In this document: positions 27,426 through 40,419 of the stretch, one piece after another
Layout: every line of letters begins with the position of its first letter
How positions within the stretch are numbered: the stretch's first letter is position 1
Source of the DNA: Deltaproteobacteria bacterium
GTDB taxonomy: Bacteria > Desulfobacterota > GWC2-55-46 > JAJCZF01
DNA: 55,438 nt
Direction of reading: 5' to 3'
Assembly (NCBI GenBank): GCA_029262475.1
Contig: JAJCZG010000022.1
Coordinates: 1 to 55,438, forward strand
The notes under the pieces: generated by a model
The model's database searches: none
Told to the model about the DNA's origin: nothing
Seen by the model: the letters and a program-made list of their open reading frames with translations, nothing else
Program-made: the position numbers and the translations under genes

Positions 27426-29633
27426 CTACATGCCTCTCCAGTTCGCTATCTGAAAGTAAGGAATGACATTGGGGATTTCTTCAAGGGAAATAAGGCCGTC
27501 CTCCACCTTAATAAGGGCGTCCTTTAACATCGGCATGAGGCCGTTTTCCAGGGCATTCTCGTAGAGTTCGTCAAATGAAGCGTTGGCCATGATGAGCTTC
27601 TTGCTAACGGCGTCCACGCACCAGAACTCGAATACCGGCATCCGTCCCTTGTGTCCCATAAACTCGCACTTCTCGCATCCGTATCCCTTGTAGAACTCCA
27701 CCGAGTCCGGAACCCCATCAGGATAGAAGGTATCGACAAGTTCTTTTTCGGGCTTATGTTTGACCTTGCAGTACTGACAATTCCGTTTTGCGAGCCTCTG
27801 TGAGATGACGGCGATAAGTTCGGAGGATATGGAGCCAGGCATCATGTCCAGATCGATGAGCCTTCTTATAGTTTCAACGGAGTTATTGACGTGTAGAGTC
27901 GCGAAGACCAGATGTCCCGTCTGGCTGGCCCTGAGCGACTCCAGGGCGGTCTCCTGGTCTCTTATCTCTCCTATGAGCATTATATCAGGGTCTTCACGGA
28001 GAAAGGCCCTTATCGCCTGTGGGAAGCCGAAGCCGATCTCCTTCTTGGTCTGCGACTGTTGTATCCTGCTTATCGAATATTCTATCGGGTCCTCGATTGT
28101 AAGAATCTTCTTACGGACGTCCCTGCTGAGTTGAGCAAGCGTCGAGTATAGGGTAGTAGTCTTTCCGCTGCCTGTAGGCCCGGTGATGAGTATCAAACCC
28201 GAGGGGTTTTTTATAAGCCTTTCATACTGCACCAAAACGTCCGGGAGGAAACCTATCTTGTTTAAGCCTATAATTGAGCCCGAGTGCTTAAGAAGTCTTA
28301 TGACAATATTCTCGCCGTATAAGGTTGGCTGGGTCTGGAGCCTGAAATCGTATACCTTGCCGCCGGTCCTTCTCCTGAAACGCCCTCCCTGAGGCAGGCG
28401 CCGTTCGGCGATATTAAGGTCTGAACAAATCTTCAAAACATTTACAACGCCGCTCACATTGGTCTTGTTTATCTTTATATGTTCGTCGTCATAGAGCGTG
28501 CCGTCAACCCTGTAACGAATAAAGACGTCAGTCTCAAAGCATTCGATATGGATATCGCTCGCATCTTTCTTAATTGCGGTGAGCAGCAGCGCATTGGTTA
28601 TCTTCTGGAACTTTCTGGTGAGATACTCAATACTCTCGATCCCCTGGCTATCAATCTCTTCGGTGATCGGAATATCTTCCAGGAAGTCTGAATATTCCTC
28701 GTTATCGGACACTTCAGCATTATTCTCATCGACGTCAAGGAAAATAGCCCTGAGTATGGTAGTGATATCCGTATAAGTAGCGAGGTCCATATGAACGTGC
28801 TTACAATTGAATGCTGCCATCAGCTCGTCGGGGTTTAGGGATGGCTCTGAGGTAACGATATATACGGTATCGTCTTCCATCAGGTAAGGGATAAGGTAAT
28901 TATGTATGCAGAAGGCCTTACTTAGTTTCTTGGCGAGGCTCTTATCTAGCATGTTCAGGATGTCGTGGCTCGACACGACTGCAATCCTTCTCTGAAGCGA
29001 GAGCATCTTGAAAAAGTCTAACTCGTTAACTTTGCCCGTCTCTATGAGGATCTTCCCGACCATCCTCTGGGTCTTCTGGCTAAGCTCTATCGCCAGTTTC
29101 ATATCCTCTTCGCTGACGTAATTGTCCCTTACAAGAACCTCGCCTATTCGTATCCCGCTAAGCCCCCTCTTCGTGAGAAGATCGTAACACTTCTCAATAT
29201 TCTCGATGAAGGCATCGTCTTTGACTTCAAAAAAGTCCACCTTGCGCCCGATAAGGGAGCCTATATCCTTTAATTCTTCTTCGGAGAGAGCCTTTATAGA
29301 GGCGACCAGCATAAAATCATCGCTCAGCGAGACGAGCGGCATGAGCGAGTGTTCGATGGCGAAGCTCTTGCTCATCCATGTGGTAGTCCTGGGTTCGACA
29401 AGGTACTGTCCGGAATAGAGGAAATCAACATTTCCCTTTTGTTCGCAAAGGACCCTTACAAGCTCCATGGGCTCTATACAACCCATCTTGACAATGATCT
29501 TTCCGATGAGTTCTCCGACACGGACACCTTTTTCCTCGTCGCCGGTCGTCTGTATATCGAGGGCCGTTCGCAGGTGGTCCCTGCTAATTAAACCCTTCCT
29601 TATTAATATTTCACCGAGCATCATCTTGCTCAT
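27426..29633 (-). CDS. GspE/PilB-family ATPase with tandem N-terminal MshEN-like domains
   Basis: ASDIHIE, ERRLPQGG, Walker A GPTGSGKTT, EDPIEY, LREDPD, GHLVFATLH, CxxC zinc motifs; LGEIL..G repeats. Confidence 0.9.
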   Translation of the reverse strand: MSKMMLGEILIRKGLISRDHLRTALDIQTTGDEEKGVRVGELIGKIIVKMGCIEPMELVRVLCEQKGNVDFLYSGQYLVEPRTTTWMSKSFAIEHSLMPLVSLSDDFMLVASIKALSEEELKDIGSLIGRKVDFFEVKDDAFIENIEKCYDLLTKRGLSGIRIGEVLVRDNYVSEEDMKLAIELSQKTQRMVGKILIETGKVNELDFFKMLSLQRRIAVVSSHDILNMLDKSLAKKLSKAFCIHNYLIPYLMEDDTVYIVTSEPSLNPDELMAAFNCKHVHMDLATYTDITTILRAIFLDVDENNAEVSDNEEYSDFLEDIPITEEIDSQGIESIEYLTRKFQKITNALLLTAIKKDASDIHIECFETDVFIRYRVDGTLYDDEHIKINKTNVSGVVNVLKICSDLNIAERRLPQGGRFRRRTGGKVYDFRLQTQPTLYGENIVIRLLKHSGSIIGLNKIGFLPDVLVQYERLIKNPSGLILITGPTGSGKTTTLYSTLAQLSRDVRKKILTIEDPIEYSISRIQQSQTKKEIGFGFPQAIRAFLREDPDIMLIGEIRDQETALESLRASQTGHLVFATLHVNNSVETIRRLIDLDMMPGSISSELIAVISQRLAKRNCQYCKVKHKPEKELVDTFYPDGVPDSVEFYKGYGCEKCEFMGHKGRMPVFEFWCVDAVSKKLIMANASFDELYENALENGLMPMLKDALIKVEDGLISLEEIPNVIPYFQIANWRGM

Positions 29634-29718
29634 AAAGCAGTCCAGTTCATATAGAAAATGTTAGTTGGAATAAGAGTCAGTACGAAGAAACGAGTTTTTG
29701 AAGAAACTATGCAAGTGA

Positions 29719-30324
29719 TTAACCGAAGACAGCGTCCCTTTCAAGAGAGCCTTTAGGTTCAATTTTATACCTCTCCATCCAACTGTAGATACAGCCGCAG
29801 TACTGTTGCCTGTAGAGCCCCATCTCCTTGCTCTCCTCGATTCCTTCTTTCCAGCCAATGCGAAAATCCCGGTAGAATAAGGAGATACAATATTTATCGG
29901 CAAGTTCCTCGGATAGCTTGAGCATTAGTTCGTGATTCTGATACTTGGAGTAAAAGAGAGATGAAGAAAAATAATCAAAACCTCTAAGAGAGGCTTCCCT
30001 GGCGACGGCCTCAAGGCGGAGACTGTAACAGTGACGGCATCTTTCTTCCTTCTTAAGGGTCTTTATGGCCCTACCATCCGAGTCTTTTACAAACTCCGCC
30101 GCGTCGTAATCCTCTCCACCTCCAAAGATTACATCTATATCCATAAGGCGCGAGAGAGTTTCAACGGCTTTGCGCCTCTTATCGTGTTCTCCCCTCGGCT
30201 GGATATTAGGGTTATAGAAATAACCAGCGACCTCCATCTCCCCCTTTAGAGCGGTCTTAAGCGGGTAGATAGAACACGGGCCGCAGCACATATGTACGAG
30301 CACTTTCTTCATTAAATCGTCCAT
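29719..30324 (-). CDS. queH: Epoxyqueuosine reductase QueH (DUF208)
   Basis: HMCCGPCS, FYNPNI, RCRHCYSLRL, YRQQYCGCIYS; start at 30324 or 30312. Confidence 0.9.
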   Translation of the reverse strand: MDDLMKKVLVHMCCGPCSIYPLKTALKGEMEVAGYFYNPNIQPRGEHDKRRKAVETLSRLMDIDVIFGGGEDYDAAEFVKDSDGRAIKTLKKEERCRHCYSLRLEAVAREASLRGFDYFSSSLFYSKYQNHELMLKLSEELADKYCISLFYRDFRIGWKEGIEESKEMGLYRQQYCGCIYSWMERYKIEPKGSLERDAVFG

Positions 30325-30419
30325 TCGTGTTAAGTCCAGATAATGATTATAATAGACTAGCTCCCGGCTTCCGCCGGAGGCTGTCAGTAAGGTGCGAATC
30401 CCCACAACTTAATTTGGGA

Positions 30420-31454
30420 TTATAAAAGCCTGTCCTGGCCGTCGCCTGCGGCGGTCTTCTCCGGAGAGCTCATACCAAAATGTTCGTAGGCCAGAGGTGT
30501 CGCCACCCTGCCCCTGGAGGTCCTCTGTATAAAACCTTCTTGAATCAGAAAGGGCTCGTAGAGGTCTTCTATCGCGTCCCTCTCCTCGTGGAGCGCGGCA
30601 GAGAGAGAGTCGACGCCTACAGGGCCTCCGGCGAATTTCTCGATTATCGCCAGAAGTATCCTTCTATCCATCTTATCGAAGCCTCGGGAGTCTATCTCAA
30701 GCATATCGAGCGCCCCGGAGGCCACCTCACGGGTTATGACGCCGTCCGCCTTCACGTCTGCGAAGTCCCTTACCCTCTTAACGAGCCTGTTCGAAATCCT
30801 TGGCGTACCGCGTGAGCGTGAGGCTATCTCCACTGCGCCGTCGTCCGTTATCTCGCACCTGAGTATCGAAGAAGTCCTTTTAACTATAGTCACTATCTCC
30901 TCTGTGCTGTAGAAGTCAAGTCGTGAGATCACGCCGAACCTATCACGCAGCGGTGAGGTTAGGAGCCCGGCCCTGGTCGTGGCGCCTACGAGCGTAAAAC
31001 GCGGGATATCGAGGCGAACGGACCTCGCCGACGGTCCCTGCCCGATGATGATATCAATCTTAAAATCCTCCATCGCAGGGTATAAAATCTCCTCCACGAC
31101 AGTCGAGAGCCTGTGTATCTCGTCTATGAAGAGCACGTCCCCCTCATCGAGGTTCGTGAGTATCGCAGCTAAATCTCCCTGCTTCTCTATCGCCGGTCCG
31201 GAGGTGCTTTTGATATTCGCACCGAGCTCGAAGGCGATGATATTTGCAAGAGTAGTCTTACCGAGCCCAGGCGGGCCGTAGAAGAGGACGTGGTCGAGGC
31301 TCTCGCCCCTGCCCCTTGCAGCCTCGATAAATATCTTGAGGTTCTCCTTTATCCTCTCCTGCCCTACGTAATCTACCAGGCGAGTCGGTCGAAGAGATGT
31401 GTCGAAACCCTCGTCAACCGCTAGGTCAAAGGCTGAAATTTCACCGTCGGTCAT
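30420..31454 (-). CDS. ruvB: Holliday junction branch migration helicase RuvB
   Basis: LRP...[38 protein letters not shown]. Confidence 0.98.
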   Translation of the reverse strand: MTDGEISAFDLAVDEGFDTSLRPTRLVDYVGQERIKENLKIFIEAARGRGESLDHVLFYGPPGLGKTTLANIIAFELGANIKSTSGPAIEKQGDLAAILTNLDEGDVLFIDEIHRLSTVVEEILYPAMEDFKIDIIIGQGPSARSVRLDIPRFTLVGATTRAGLLTSPLRDRFGVISRLDFYSTEEIVTIVKRTSSILRCEITDDGAVEIASRSRGTPRISNRLVKRVRDFADVKADGVITREVASGALDMLEIDSRGFDKMDRRILLAIIEKFAGGPVGVDSLSAALHEERDAIEDLYEPFLIQEGFIQRTSRGRVATPLAYEHFGMSSPEKTAAGDGQDRLL

Positions 31455-31494
31455 CTTAGTAATCTTTCTTTAAGATAGATTGGAATAAATACTT

Positions 31495-32097
31495 CTATGT
31501 GAAAAATCTTAGCGTCTTTTTAAGCAGCTCTTCAAAGCCAATGGAGTCGTTCTCCTTTAAAACCTTCTTTACGGCGTCGGTTGCGGCTGGGCGTTTATAA
31601 CCGAGGTTAATGAGGGCCGACACTACGTCAGTTGATAGCATGCCGCTTAGGGTCGATGTGTCGAGTTCACCTCCGCCCGGCGCCTCGGCCGCCATGAGCT
31701 TTACCTTGTCCTTTAGCTCAAGGATAAGGCGCTCGGCCGTCTTCTTGCCGAGCCCCGGAACCCTTGTCAGCGCCAAAAGCTCTTCAGAGACGACGGAGTC
31801 GATAAAGTCGCCTACCGAGATGCCTGATAGTATATTACACGCAAGCTTCGGTCCAACTCCGTTTACCGATATGAGCATCAAGAAGAGCGTCTTCTCATCA
31901 TCGGTAAAAAACCCGTAGAGCTTTATGGAGTCGTCCTTAATTAAGGTATGAACCCGCAGGGAAAGACTTTCGCCCGGCTCGGGGAGATTGTAATAACTGG
32001 AGAGCGGAATAGTAAGCTCATAGCCAACGCCGCCGACGTCAACTATTGCCGTATCGGATCTCTTAAGGAGTAGGGATCCTTTAATATTAGCTATCAT
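31495..32097 (-). CDS. ruvA: Holliday junction branch migration protein RuvA
   Basis: GVGYEL, LYGF, VNGVGPKLA, PGLGKKTAERLILELK. Confidence 0.97.
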   Translation of the reverse strand: MIANIKGSLLLKRSDTAIVDVGGVGYELTIPLSSYYNLPEPGESLSLRVHTLIKDDSIKLYGFFTDDEKTLFLMLISVNGVGPKLACNILSGISVGDFIDSVVSEELLALTRVPGLGKKTAERLILELKDKVKLMAAEAPGGGELDTSTLSGMLSTDVVSALINLGYKRPAATDAVKKVLKENDSIGFEELLKKTLRFFT

Positions 32098-32172
32098 ATG
32101 TCGTTAGAGTCCGTTAGAGAGGTTTATAGGTGAGAACCGGTCAGAAGGCCCAGTGCTGCCTGCCGGTGGGGT

Positions 32173-32661
32173 TTAAAGGTTAGTGAGCGGGCCGGAGCTA
32201 TTAATATGACAGATAGCCACGGCAAGGGCGTCAGCCGCATCAGGTGGCGGCGCCTTCGGTATATTTAAAAGGGCTTTTACCATATGCTGAACCTGCACCT
32301 TGGCGGCTGAGCCGTAGCCGACGACCGCAAGCTTCACGGAAGCGGGGCTGTACTCGAATACCTTTATACCGTATGAGGACGCAGCTAAGAGTGCCACGCC
32401 CCTCACGTGGCTAAGGACTATGGCGCTCTTAACATTTTTTGCATAAAAGACCGACTCTACCGAGACGGCGTCGGGGCGAAACTCTTCGATAACGTCACGT
32501 AGCGCGCCGGAGATGATGAGCAGGCGCCCTGAAAGCTCTTTTGAGGCTGCGGTCTTTATCTCTCCGTCACAGACGTGTTTTAGGCCGCTCCCTCCCCTTA
32601 CGCTCTCAACGATGCCGTAGCCCGTTACCCTCGACCCGGGGTCTATGCCAAGGACCTTCAA
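32173..32661 (-). CDS. ruvC: Crossover junction endodeoxyribonuclease RuvC
   Basis: LGIDPG, E.VF, GYGSA.K.QV, DAADALAVAICH. Confidence 0.97.
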   Translation of the reverse strand: MKVLGIDPGSRVTGYGIVESVRGGSGLKHVCDGEIKTAASKELSGRLLIISGALRDVIEEFRPDAVSVESVFYAKNVKSAIVLSHVRGVALLAASSYGIKVFEYSPASVKLAVVGYGSAAKVQVQHMVKALLNIPKAPPPDAADALAVAICHINSSGPLTNL

Positions 32662-32702
32662 CTGAAAAAGACCAGCAAATGGTCCACGGGAAAGCTCACA
32701 GC

Positions 32703-33455
32703 CTACATCGCCTCTTCCATGGCGTCCATGTCCATGTCGAAATTCGCATAAACCTCCTGTACGTCGTCCAGGTCCTCAAGCGCATCTATGAGACGCAAGA
32801 GCTGCACGGCGACCTTTCCTTCGACCCGTACAGTATTTTGCGGGATCATAGTCGTCTCGGCCATATCGATCTGAAAGCCGCCTTCCGAAAGGGCGGATTT
32901 AACGTCGAGAAAATCAGTGGGCTCCGTATATATCTCGAATACCCCGTCCTCCTCATTCGTTGTAACGTCTATTGCTCCGGCTTCGAGGGCAGAGTCCATG
33001 ACCGTATCCTCGTCGGTTGACTCCGTCGGTACGGTGATAAGACCCCTGAGGTCGAATATCCAACCCACAGAGCCGTTCTCACCGAGATTGCCGTTGCCTT
33101 TGGCAAAGGCATGACGCACCTCGGAGGCGGTCCTGTTCCTGTTGTCGGTCATAAAGCTTACAAGCACCGCCACTCCGCCCGGACCGTATCCCTCGTAGGT
33201 ACCCTCTTCGTAATTTACACCCGAGAGTTCGCCAGCGCCCTTCTTTATTGCCCTGTCGATATTATCGGCCGGCAGGTTAACGGATTTGGCCTTCTCTATA
33301 ATGGTCCGCAATCTTGCGTTCGAGTCGGGGTCGGAGCCGCCCATCTTAGCGGCGACCATTATCTCCTTAACCACCTTACTAAAGATCTTTCCCCTCTTTG
33401 CGTCGGTCTTGGCCTTCTTGTGCTTGATAGTTGACCACTTGGAATGTCCTGACAT
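32703..33455 (-). CDS. yebC: YebC/PmpR-family protein
   Basis: [38 protein letters not shown]; canonical position before ruvC. Confidence 0.95.
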   Translation of the reverse strand: MSGHSKWSTIKHKKAKTDAKRGKIFSKVVKEIMVAAKMGGSDPDSNARLRTIIEKAKSVNLPADNIDRAIKKGAGELSGVNYEEGTYEGYGPGGVAVLVSFMTDNRNRTASEVRHAFAKGNGNLGENGSVGWIFDLRGLITVPTESTDEDTVMDSALEAGAIDVTTNEEDGVFEIYTEPTDFLDVKSALSEGGFQIDMAETTMIPQNTVRVEGKVAVQLLRLIDALEDLDDVQEVYANFDMDMDAMEEAM

Positions 33456-33514
33456 AATCTCATCCTGAATTAATATTAGTTGGTTTTATAACAATTATCG
33501 GTTCAATCTATTGA

Positions 33515-33543
33515 AAAATAACATAAAAACTTGCGTTTTGCAA
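33515..33543 (-). promoter_or_regulatory. Putative sigma70 promoter of yebC-ruvCAB
   Basis: TTGCAA-N17-(TG)nTATTTT. Confidence 0.4.
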
Positions 33544-33579
33544 TGCTTTGCTGACGAGAAGGCAGGGTGAAGTCTTCCC

Positions 33580-34971
33580 CTATTGCTCGCCCGGGCCGTC
33601 CATAAGGTCGTACTCTCTCATCTTGGAGAGAAGCGTATTCCTGTGCACCTTGAGCTCACTTGCCGTCTTATTCCTATTCCACTTCGTCTTTTTGAGGACC
33701 TTCAGGATAAACCTCTTCTCGAAATCCTTACATGCCTGGCGAAAATCCCCATCATCGCTCTCAGCCTGCTTGCCGGTGATTGCGGCGTCACTGTCAGAGA
33801 AGAAAAAATCTTCAGGAAGGTCCTCAACCCCTATCTGAGATAGATCGGAGACATAGACCATCAGCCTCTCAATCATATTCTCAAGCTCCCTGACGTTACC
33901 GGGCCAGTTATAGGATACCATCGCCTGTAGGGCCTCATTGGAGATTCCGGGGATGGCCTTCTTATATTTACGATTAAATATCGCTATAAAATGATCAATG
34001 AGTATCGGGATATCCTCAACCCTCTCTCGAAGAGGCGGGAGCGTTATTGGAACAACATTTAGCCTGTAGAAGAGATCATCACGGAACTCACCCTTTGAGA
34101 CGGCATCTTCCAGATCGGTATTCGTAGCGGCTATTACACGTATATCCACGCTTACTGTAATATTACCCCCGACACGCTCAAAGCTCCTCTCCTGAAGCAC
34201 CCTCAAAAGCTTTACCTGAAGCCCAAGCGGCATCGTAGATATCTCGTCAAGGAAGATCGTCCCACCGTCCGCATACTCGAACTTCCCGATCTTCTTTACG
34301 TGCGCCCCTGTAAATGCCCCTTTTTCATGGCCGAAGAGTTCGCTCTCCATGAGCTCGTACGGCACTGCCCCGCAGTTGACCGCCACAAATGGGGCGGCGG
34401 CCCTTATGCCGTTATTATGAATGGCCCTTGCGATGAGCTCCTTACCTGTGCCGCTCTCCCCTGCTATCAAGACGCCCGAGGAGGTGGAGGAGACCTTGTT
34501 TATCACCCCGAAGATTGCTCTCATCTTTGAGGATTTGCTTATTATCTCTCCATAAGTATGCTTACTCTCAAGCTCCTCGCTAAGGAGGAAAACTTTACGC
34601 TTCAACTTGAGGCCGTCTATATACCTCTTGATTGTCGTTAAGAGGTCGTTCTCGTCAAATGGTTTGGTAATATAATCATAAGCGCCAAGCTTTAAGGCCT
34701 GGACGGCGTCCTCGGCCCTGTCCATGGCGCTAATGACTATGAAGCCGAGTTCGCTATCGAGCTTCCTCGCCATCTTCATAGTCTCGAAGCCGTCCATCAT
34801 GGGAAGGTTCAGGTCGATTAGCATAAGGTCAACGACCCTTTGCCTGATGACCTCTAGCGCCTTTATCCCGTCTTCGGCAAGGACTAGCTCATAATCGTCC
34901 TGCAAGAGGAGCGAAAAGGTTCTCCTTACTATGGTGTCGTCTTCGACGATTAAAAGTACAGGTCTCTTCAT
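33580..34971 (-). CDS. Sigma54-dependent response regulator (REC-AAA+-Fis HTH)
   Basis: VEDD/D/KP receiver, [23 protein letters not shown]-terminal HTH. Confidence 0.93.
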   Translation of the reverse strand: MKRPVLLIVEDDTIVRRTFSLLLQDDYELVLAEDGIKALEVIRQRVVDLMLIDLNLPMMDGFETMKMARKLDSELGFIVISAMDRAEDAVQALKLGAYDYITKPFDENDLLTTIKRYIDGLKLKRKVFLLSEELESKHTYGEIISKSSKMRAIFGVINKVSSTSSGVLIAGESGTGKELIARAIHNNGIRAAAPFVAVNCGAVPYELMESELFGHEKGAFTGAHVKKIGKFEYADGGTIFLDEISTMPLGLQVKLLRVLQERSFERVGGNITVSVDIRVIAATNTDLEDAVSKGEFRDDLFYRLNVVPITLPPLRERVEDIPILIDHFIAIFNRKYKKAIPGISNEALQAMVSYNWPGNVRELENMIERLMVYVSDLSQIGVEDLPEDFFFSDSDAAITGKQAESDDGDFRQACKDFEKRFILKVLKKTKWNRNKTASELKVHRNTLLSKMREYDLMDGPGEQ

Positions 34972-34995
34972 ATGCGTTAAATCCGGAAGTAAAAG

Positions 34996-36344
<1,349 letters not shown>

Positions 36345-36348
<4 letters not shown>

Positions 36349-38582
36349 ATAGGCACTACCTTTACCGGAAGTTCGATTATAAATTTTGTCCCTCTGGGGA
36401 GATTATCCTTTACTTTTATGTAGCCGTTATGGTCGGCGATGATATTGCTGACTATGGCAAGTCCAAGGCCGGTGCCGGATTTCTTTGTTGAAAAATACGG
36501 CTCGAAGAGACGCTGCTTATCGTCGGGAGAAATGCCAGGACCATTATCTATGACACTTATTATCGCAAGCCCCTTCTCCTCCTCGTAGCGAGTCTCAACG
36601 AGCACCCTTCCGTCTCCACCGACCGCCGCTATGGCGTTATCCATAAGGTTTATGATGACCCTCTTTAACTGGTCGCGGTCAACAGCGAGTATTGGAAGGC
36701 GCTTGTCGGTGCGCGCGTCTATAGTTATCATCTTCTCTCCCACCCGGTAGAGGGACACGGTCTCCTCGACTATCTCGTTTAGGTCATTCGGGCTAGGAGA
36801 GGCCATCGGCATCCTCGCAAAGCTTGAGAACTCGTTAACGAGCCTTTTAAGCTCTTCGACCTGACGGATGATCGTCCTAGTGCAATCGTCGAATACGCCC
36901 TCTTCAGATGATGGTATCACATCCATATACTTCTTTCTAAGCCTCTGGGCCGAGAGTTGAATCGGGGTTAGCGGGTTCTTTATCTCGTGTGCAATACGCC
37001 TCGCAACCTCTTTCCAGGCGAACATGCGCTGCGTCTTTATGAGATTTGTGAGGTCGTCCATAACGGCTACGAGACCGATATAATTACCGTCCTCGTCTTC
37101 GAGGGCGTTATAGTTAACGAGCACTGTCATGAGGTTTCCCCCGGCCTTTATCTTAACCTGTATCTCCATCGCCTCATCCCCTTTGCTGCGAACCTCGGAG
37201 ATCATCTCGCTAAGTAAGGTCGAGCCCTCCTCGCTAAGAACTTCAGTAAAACCCTTGCCGAGAGCCGCTTGTTCTTCGGCCCCGAGCATATCGGCAGCTA
37301 CCCTGTTTATGGAGAGTATTGTGCCGTCCATGTCTATGGATAAGACACCGGCCGGAACGTTACCAAGGACTATTTCTATGTAGCGGCGCCTTTGCTCCAG
37401 CTCGGTATTGGTGCCCCTTAGTTCAAGGTTCGCCTTCTCAATCTCCTGCTTACCTGCCTTAAGGTCCTCGGTCATCCTGTTAAAACTTCTTACAAGAACC
37501 CCAATCTCATCACTGCTCTTTGTAGTAATCTTATAGTCGAGGTTGCCGCTTGCGACCTCGTGGGTACCTTCGGCCAGATCTTTTATGGGTACTGTTATCT
37601 GACGGGCGATATAGCGGCCAACCCATATAGAAAAGAATACTATAAGGAGGGTAACTATCAGAAGTATCGTAATATAGGTGGCCTTTACCGGGTTCTTAAG
37701 AAGCTTTAGCTCCTGGTACTTATGGAAGGTCTCCTGGATATCGTTCATCTTTGCCATAAGGCTTCGAGGCACGTAATAGCTCACAACTACGGCCCCGGCC
37801 GCAACAGGGCGACCCTCCACAAACACAGGCGAGAGCCCTCTAACGACGTCGCCTGAGCTTATAGTGTCTATGATGGTGACGGCTTCTCCAAGCAGGGCCT
37901 GGCTCAAAACCTCATCCGAGGCATAAGGGACCATGTTACGGTTGACCTTCCCTGAAATAGATGTTGCTACGCGCTCACCCGCAGGGAGATAAATATCAAC
38001 AGTTGATATGTCGTTATCTTCCCTTACGCCTTCGATAAGCTCCATGAGGGTGGAGAGTTCTCCCGGGGAGAGAAAGCCCTCCTCCTTACTTATCTTATTA
38101 GAAAGGCTGTGCGCGATACTCATCGTCTTATCGGAGGTTACCTTGTAATAGTTTCTCGCAAGGTCAAGACTCTCTTCGAGGGCGTCCTCAATCTTAATGT
38201 CGAACCACGCATCTATACTCTTATTTATAAAACCGACAACTAAGAAGAAGAGAACAAAGGTAGGGATAATGGTTAAAACGACGAATGAGACTATAAGCTT
38301 GGTCCGGAGCCTCGAGCCCATGACATTACTTCGACTCTCGAAGAAGAGTTTAACAGCATTACGAAGTACAAGGAAGATCAGGAGAACGAGGAGTATGATG
38401 TTGACGTTTATGAGGCTCAGTACCAGGAGATTTGTTGCAACAGGGACGTCAACGCTTATGATGGAGGTGTGAGACTCCAGATAGGTCAAGAGTATTATAA
38501 GCGGGATAACCGCAAGTATAATATAAAAGTCCCTGCGGCGCCTCTTCTGTTCCGCCTCTAATCTCACCGGTGTATCTGTCAT
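36345..38582 (-). CDS. ntrY: NtrY-like sensor histidine kinase (TM-HAMP-PAS-HisKA-HATPase)
   Basis: GSRLRTKL, SIDAWF, HAMP DEIG.L..SFN.M, AWKEVARRIAHEIKNPLTPIQLSAQRL. Confidence 0.88.
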
Positions 38583-38799
38583 CTGGCCCCTTCGGGAAAA
38601 ATGGAAAATATATGAAAACGACTACCCCTTCGAGGCATTATGGATAGATCAAAACACTAAATAAAGCATGTCACAGAACACAAGTGAGGTTTTTAAATTC
38701 GCTAAGCGCAGTGAATGTGGTTGTATTGCATTAGACTACGCGTTTAATGTTTACCCAAAATTAAGGCCGGATAACTCCCGCGCCACCCGGCGAGCATTC

Positions 38800-39357
38800 T
38801 TACTTACGGGTGAACCTGGCGCTGTACCAGTCGGTTTCAAAGTCCCAGAACTTTACGAAGAAGAGCATATGTCTTAATAGGAATGGCAGTTTTACCGTAT
38901 CCAACTGAGCCTTTATGCGCACTTCATAGACCGCGCCACGGATAAGGGTAAGGGCCGGGAGTATGGCGATATCTTCGCCCGAGCTCATGAGGCGTTTCAT
39001 CTCCTCGAAGTCGTTAGTCCTTATCTCGATATAATCCTTCTCGTCGAGCCTTACCACATACTCTTCCTTGATGGCGTCGTATTTGACGGTATGCCTGAAC
39101 TTCCACTTTCCGGCAACCTTGTCGAACCATGCACCCCTAACACGGTATGCCTCCATCATGAATGTAAAAGAGGTGGGGATTCCACTCTTTATCGCTTCTA
39201 CAATTTCGTCGGTAAAGGCGCTACGCACCATAAAGGAGACGTTAACTACCGAAGCTGAATCTACCTTCAGAGAGTCTATAGTGGCCGAGTCGGCTCGTGC
39301 AGATACTGGGACGAATAAGGCCGTAAGAATAGTGAGTATAAGAAGAGTTTTTTTCAT
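38800..39357 (-). CDS. DUF4390-like exported protein
   Basis: Signal peptide, EAIKSGIPTSFTF, LP..L...FW.F.T.W; conserved position upstream of ntrY-like genes. Confidence 0.75.
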   Translation of the reverse strand: MKKTLLILTILTALFVPVSARADSATIDSLKVDSASVVNVSFMVRSAFTDEIVEAIKSGIPTSFTFMMEAYRVRGAWFDKVAGKWKFRHTVKYDAIKEEYVVRLDEKDYIEIRTNDFEEMKRLMSSGEDIAILPALTLIRGAVYEVRIKAQLDTVKLPFLLRHMLFFVKFWDFETDWYSARFTRK

Positions 39358-39529
39358 AGATAAAGGAATTAGTCAGGTAAATAGATGGTGCCATAAAATA
39401 AATAGAGGCCACCAATCAAAAGTGTTAAGTTCTCGTAATATATAAAAAATATAACTCATATGAAAGATAAAAGCAAGGTCAAGGAAAGTGGGGTGTATTT
39501 ATGGACGGATAGAAAAATAGCGAAGTGAT

Positions 39530-39560
39530 AAAAAAAAGGCAAGGTTCGCACCTTGCCTTC
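39530..39560 (-). terminator. Intrinsic terminator downstream of the alpha operon
   Basis: GAAGGCAAGGT-GCGA-ACCTTGCCTT followed by a T-tract. Confidence 0.8.
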
Positions 39561-39701
39561 TGGGTCTTTATTATTTTTTGGTGTTTAAGGTGAGAGCGTT
39601 TTTCAATAAGCCCCACTCCTCTAGCAGTGACCAGAAGAGAACGACTGTAATGAGATCACGCTGCGCGAAACGATGCGGAAGCAAGCGACATTTGACCGGA
39701 G

Positions 39702-40283
39702 CTATTCCTTTTCTTCCTTCTTTGGAGCGGCCTTCTTGACGGCAGGTTTCTTCTCAGAGCCCTCGGCGTCTTCTGCCTTCTTGGCGGCAGGCTTCTTCGG
39801 AGCGGCCTTCTTGGCCTTGGTGGCCTTCTTCTCAGAACCCTCGGCGTCTGCCTTCTTAGCAGCAGGCTTCTTCGGAGCGGCCTTCTTGGCGGCAGGCTTT
39901 TTATCCGGCTCTGCCTCTACCTCGGAGACGGAGTCAACCAGCTCTATGAGTGAAACAGGGGCGCAGTCGCCTGGGCGAACGCCAAGCTTTAATATCCTGG
40001 TATAACCGCCTTTTCTCTCCTCGTAACGCTTGGCAAGCTCGTTAAATATCTTTGTAACGACCGCTTTATTCCTGAGGAACCCCATAGCGCGCCTTCTTGC
40101 CGAGAGGCTGCCGTCTTTTCCAAGCGTAATCATACGCTCGGCATAACGTCTGAGCTCCTTTGCCTTCGGCGTGGTCGTCTTAATCCTCTCATGGTTCAAG
40201 AGGTCGCAGGTAAGGTTGGCCATCATGCAACGTAAATGTCCACTCGGCCTGTTAAATCTCTTATCGTCTCTATTGTGTCTCAC
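39702..40283 (-). CDS. rplQ: 50S ribosomal protein L17 with Lys/Ala/Pro-rich C-terminal extension
   Basis: MRH...HERIKTT.PKAKELR, R.GGYTRI.K. Confidence 0.96.
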   Translation of the reverse strand: MRHNRDDKRFNRPSGHLRCMMANLTCDLLNHERIKTTTPKAKELRRYAERMITLGKDGSLSARRRAMGFLRNKAVVTKIFNELAKRYEERKGGYTRILKLGVRPGDCAPVSLIELVDSVSEVEAEPDKKPAAKKAAPKKPAAKKADAEGSEKKATKAKKAAPKKPAAKKAEDAEGSEKKPAVKKAAPKKEEKE

Positions 40284-40419
40284 CTTATCACTCCGTTAAA
40301 ACGTCTTTATTCACGCCTGCACTTTCGCGGCATGACGGCAAACTGCCTGATAAATCATTATAATATCTCGTCCGGACCTGGTAGTTAGACTACCGGTGGC
40401 GCGGATGTGTTAAGCGCTT

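Noticed and set aside
39561-39701. Possible ncRNA between rplQ and its terminator
   Set aside because: No promoter or known structure recognised; treated as a 3' UTR.
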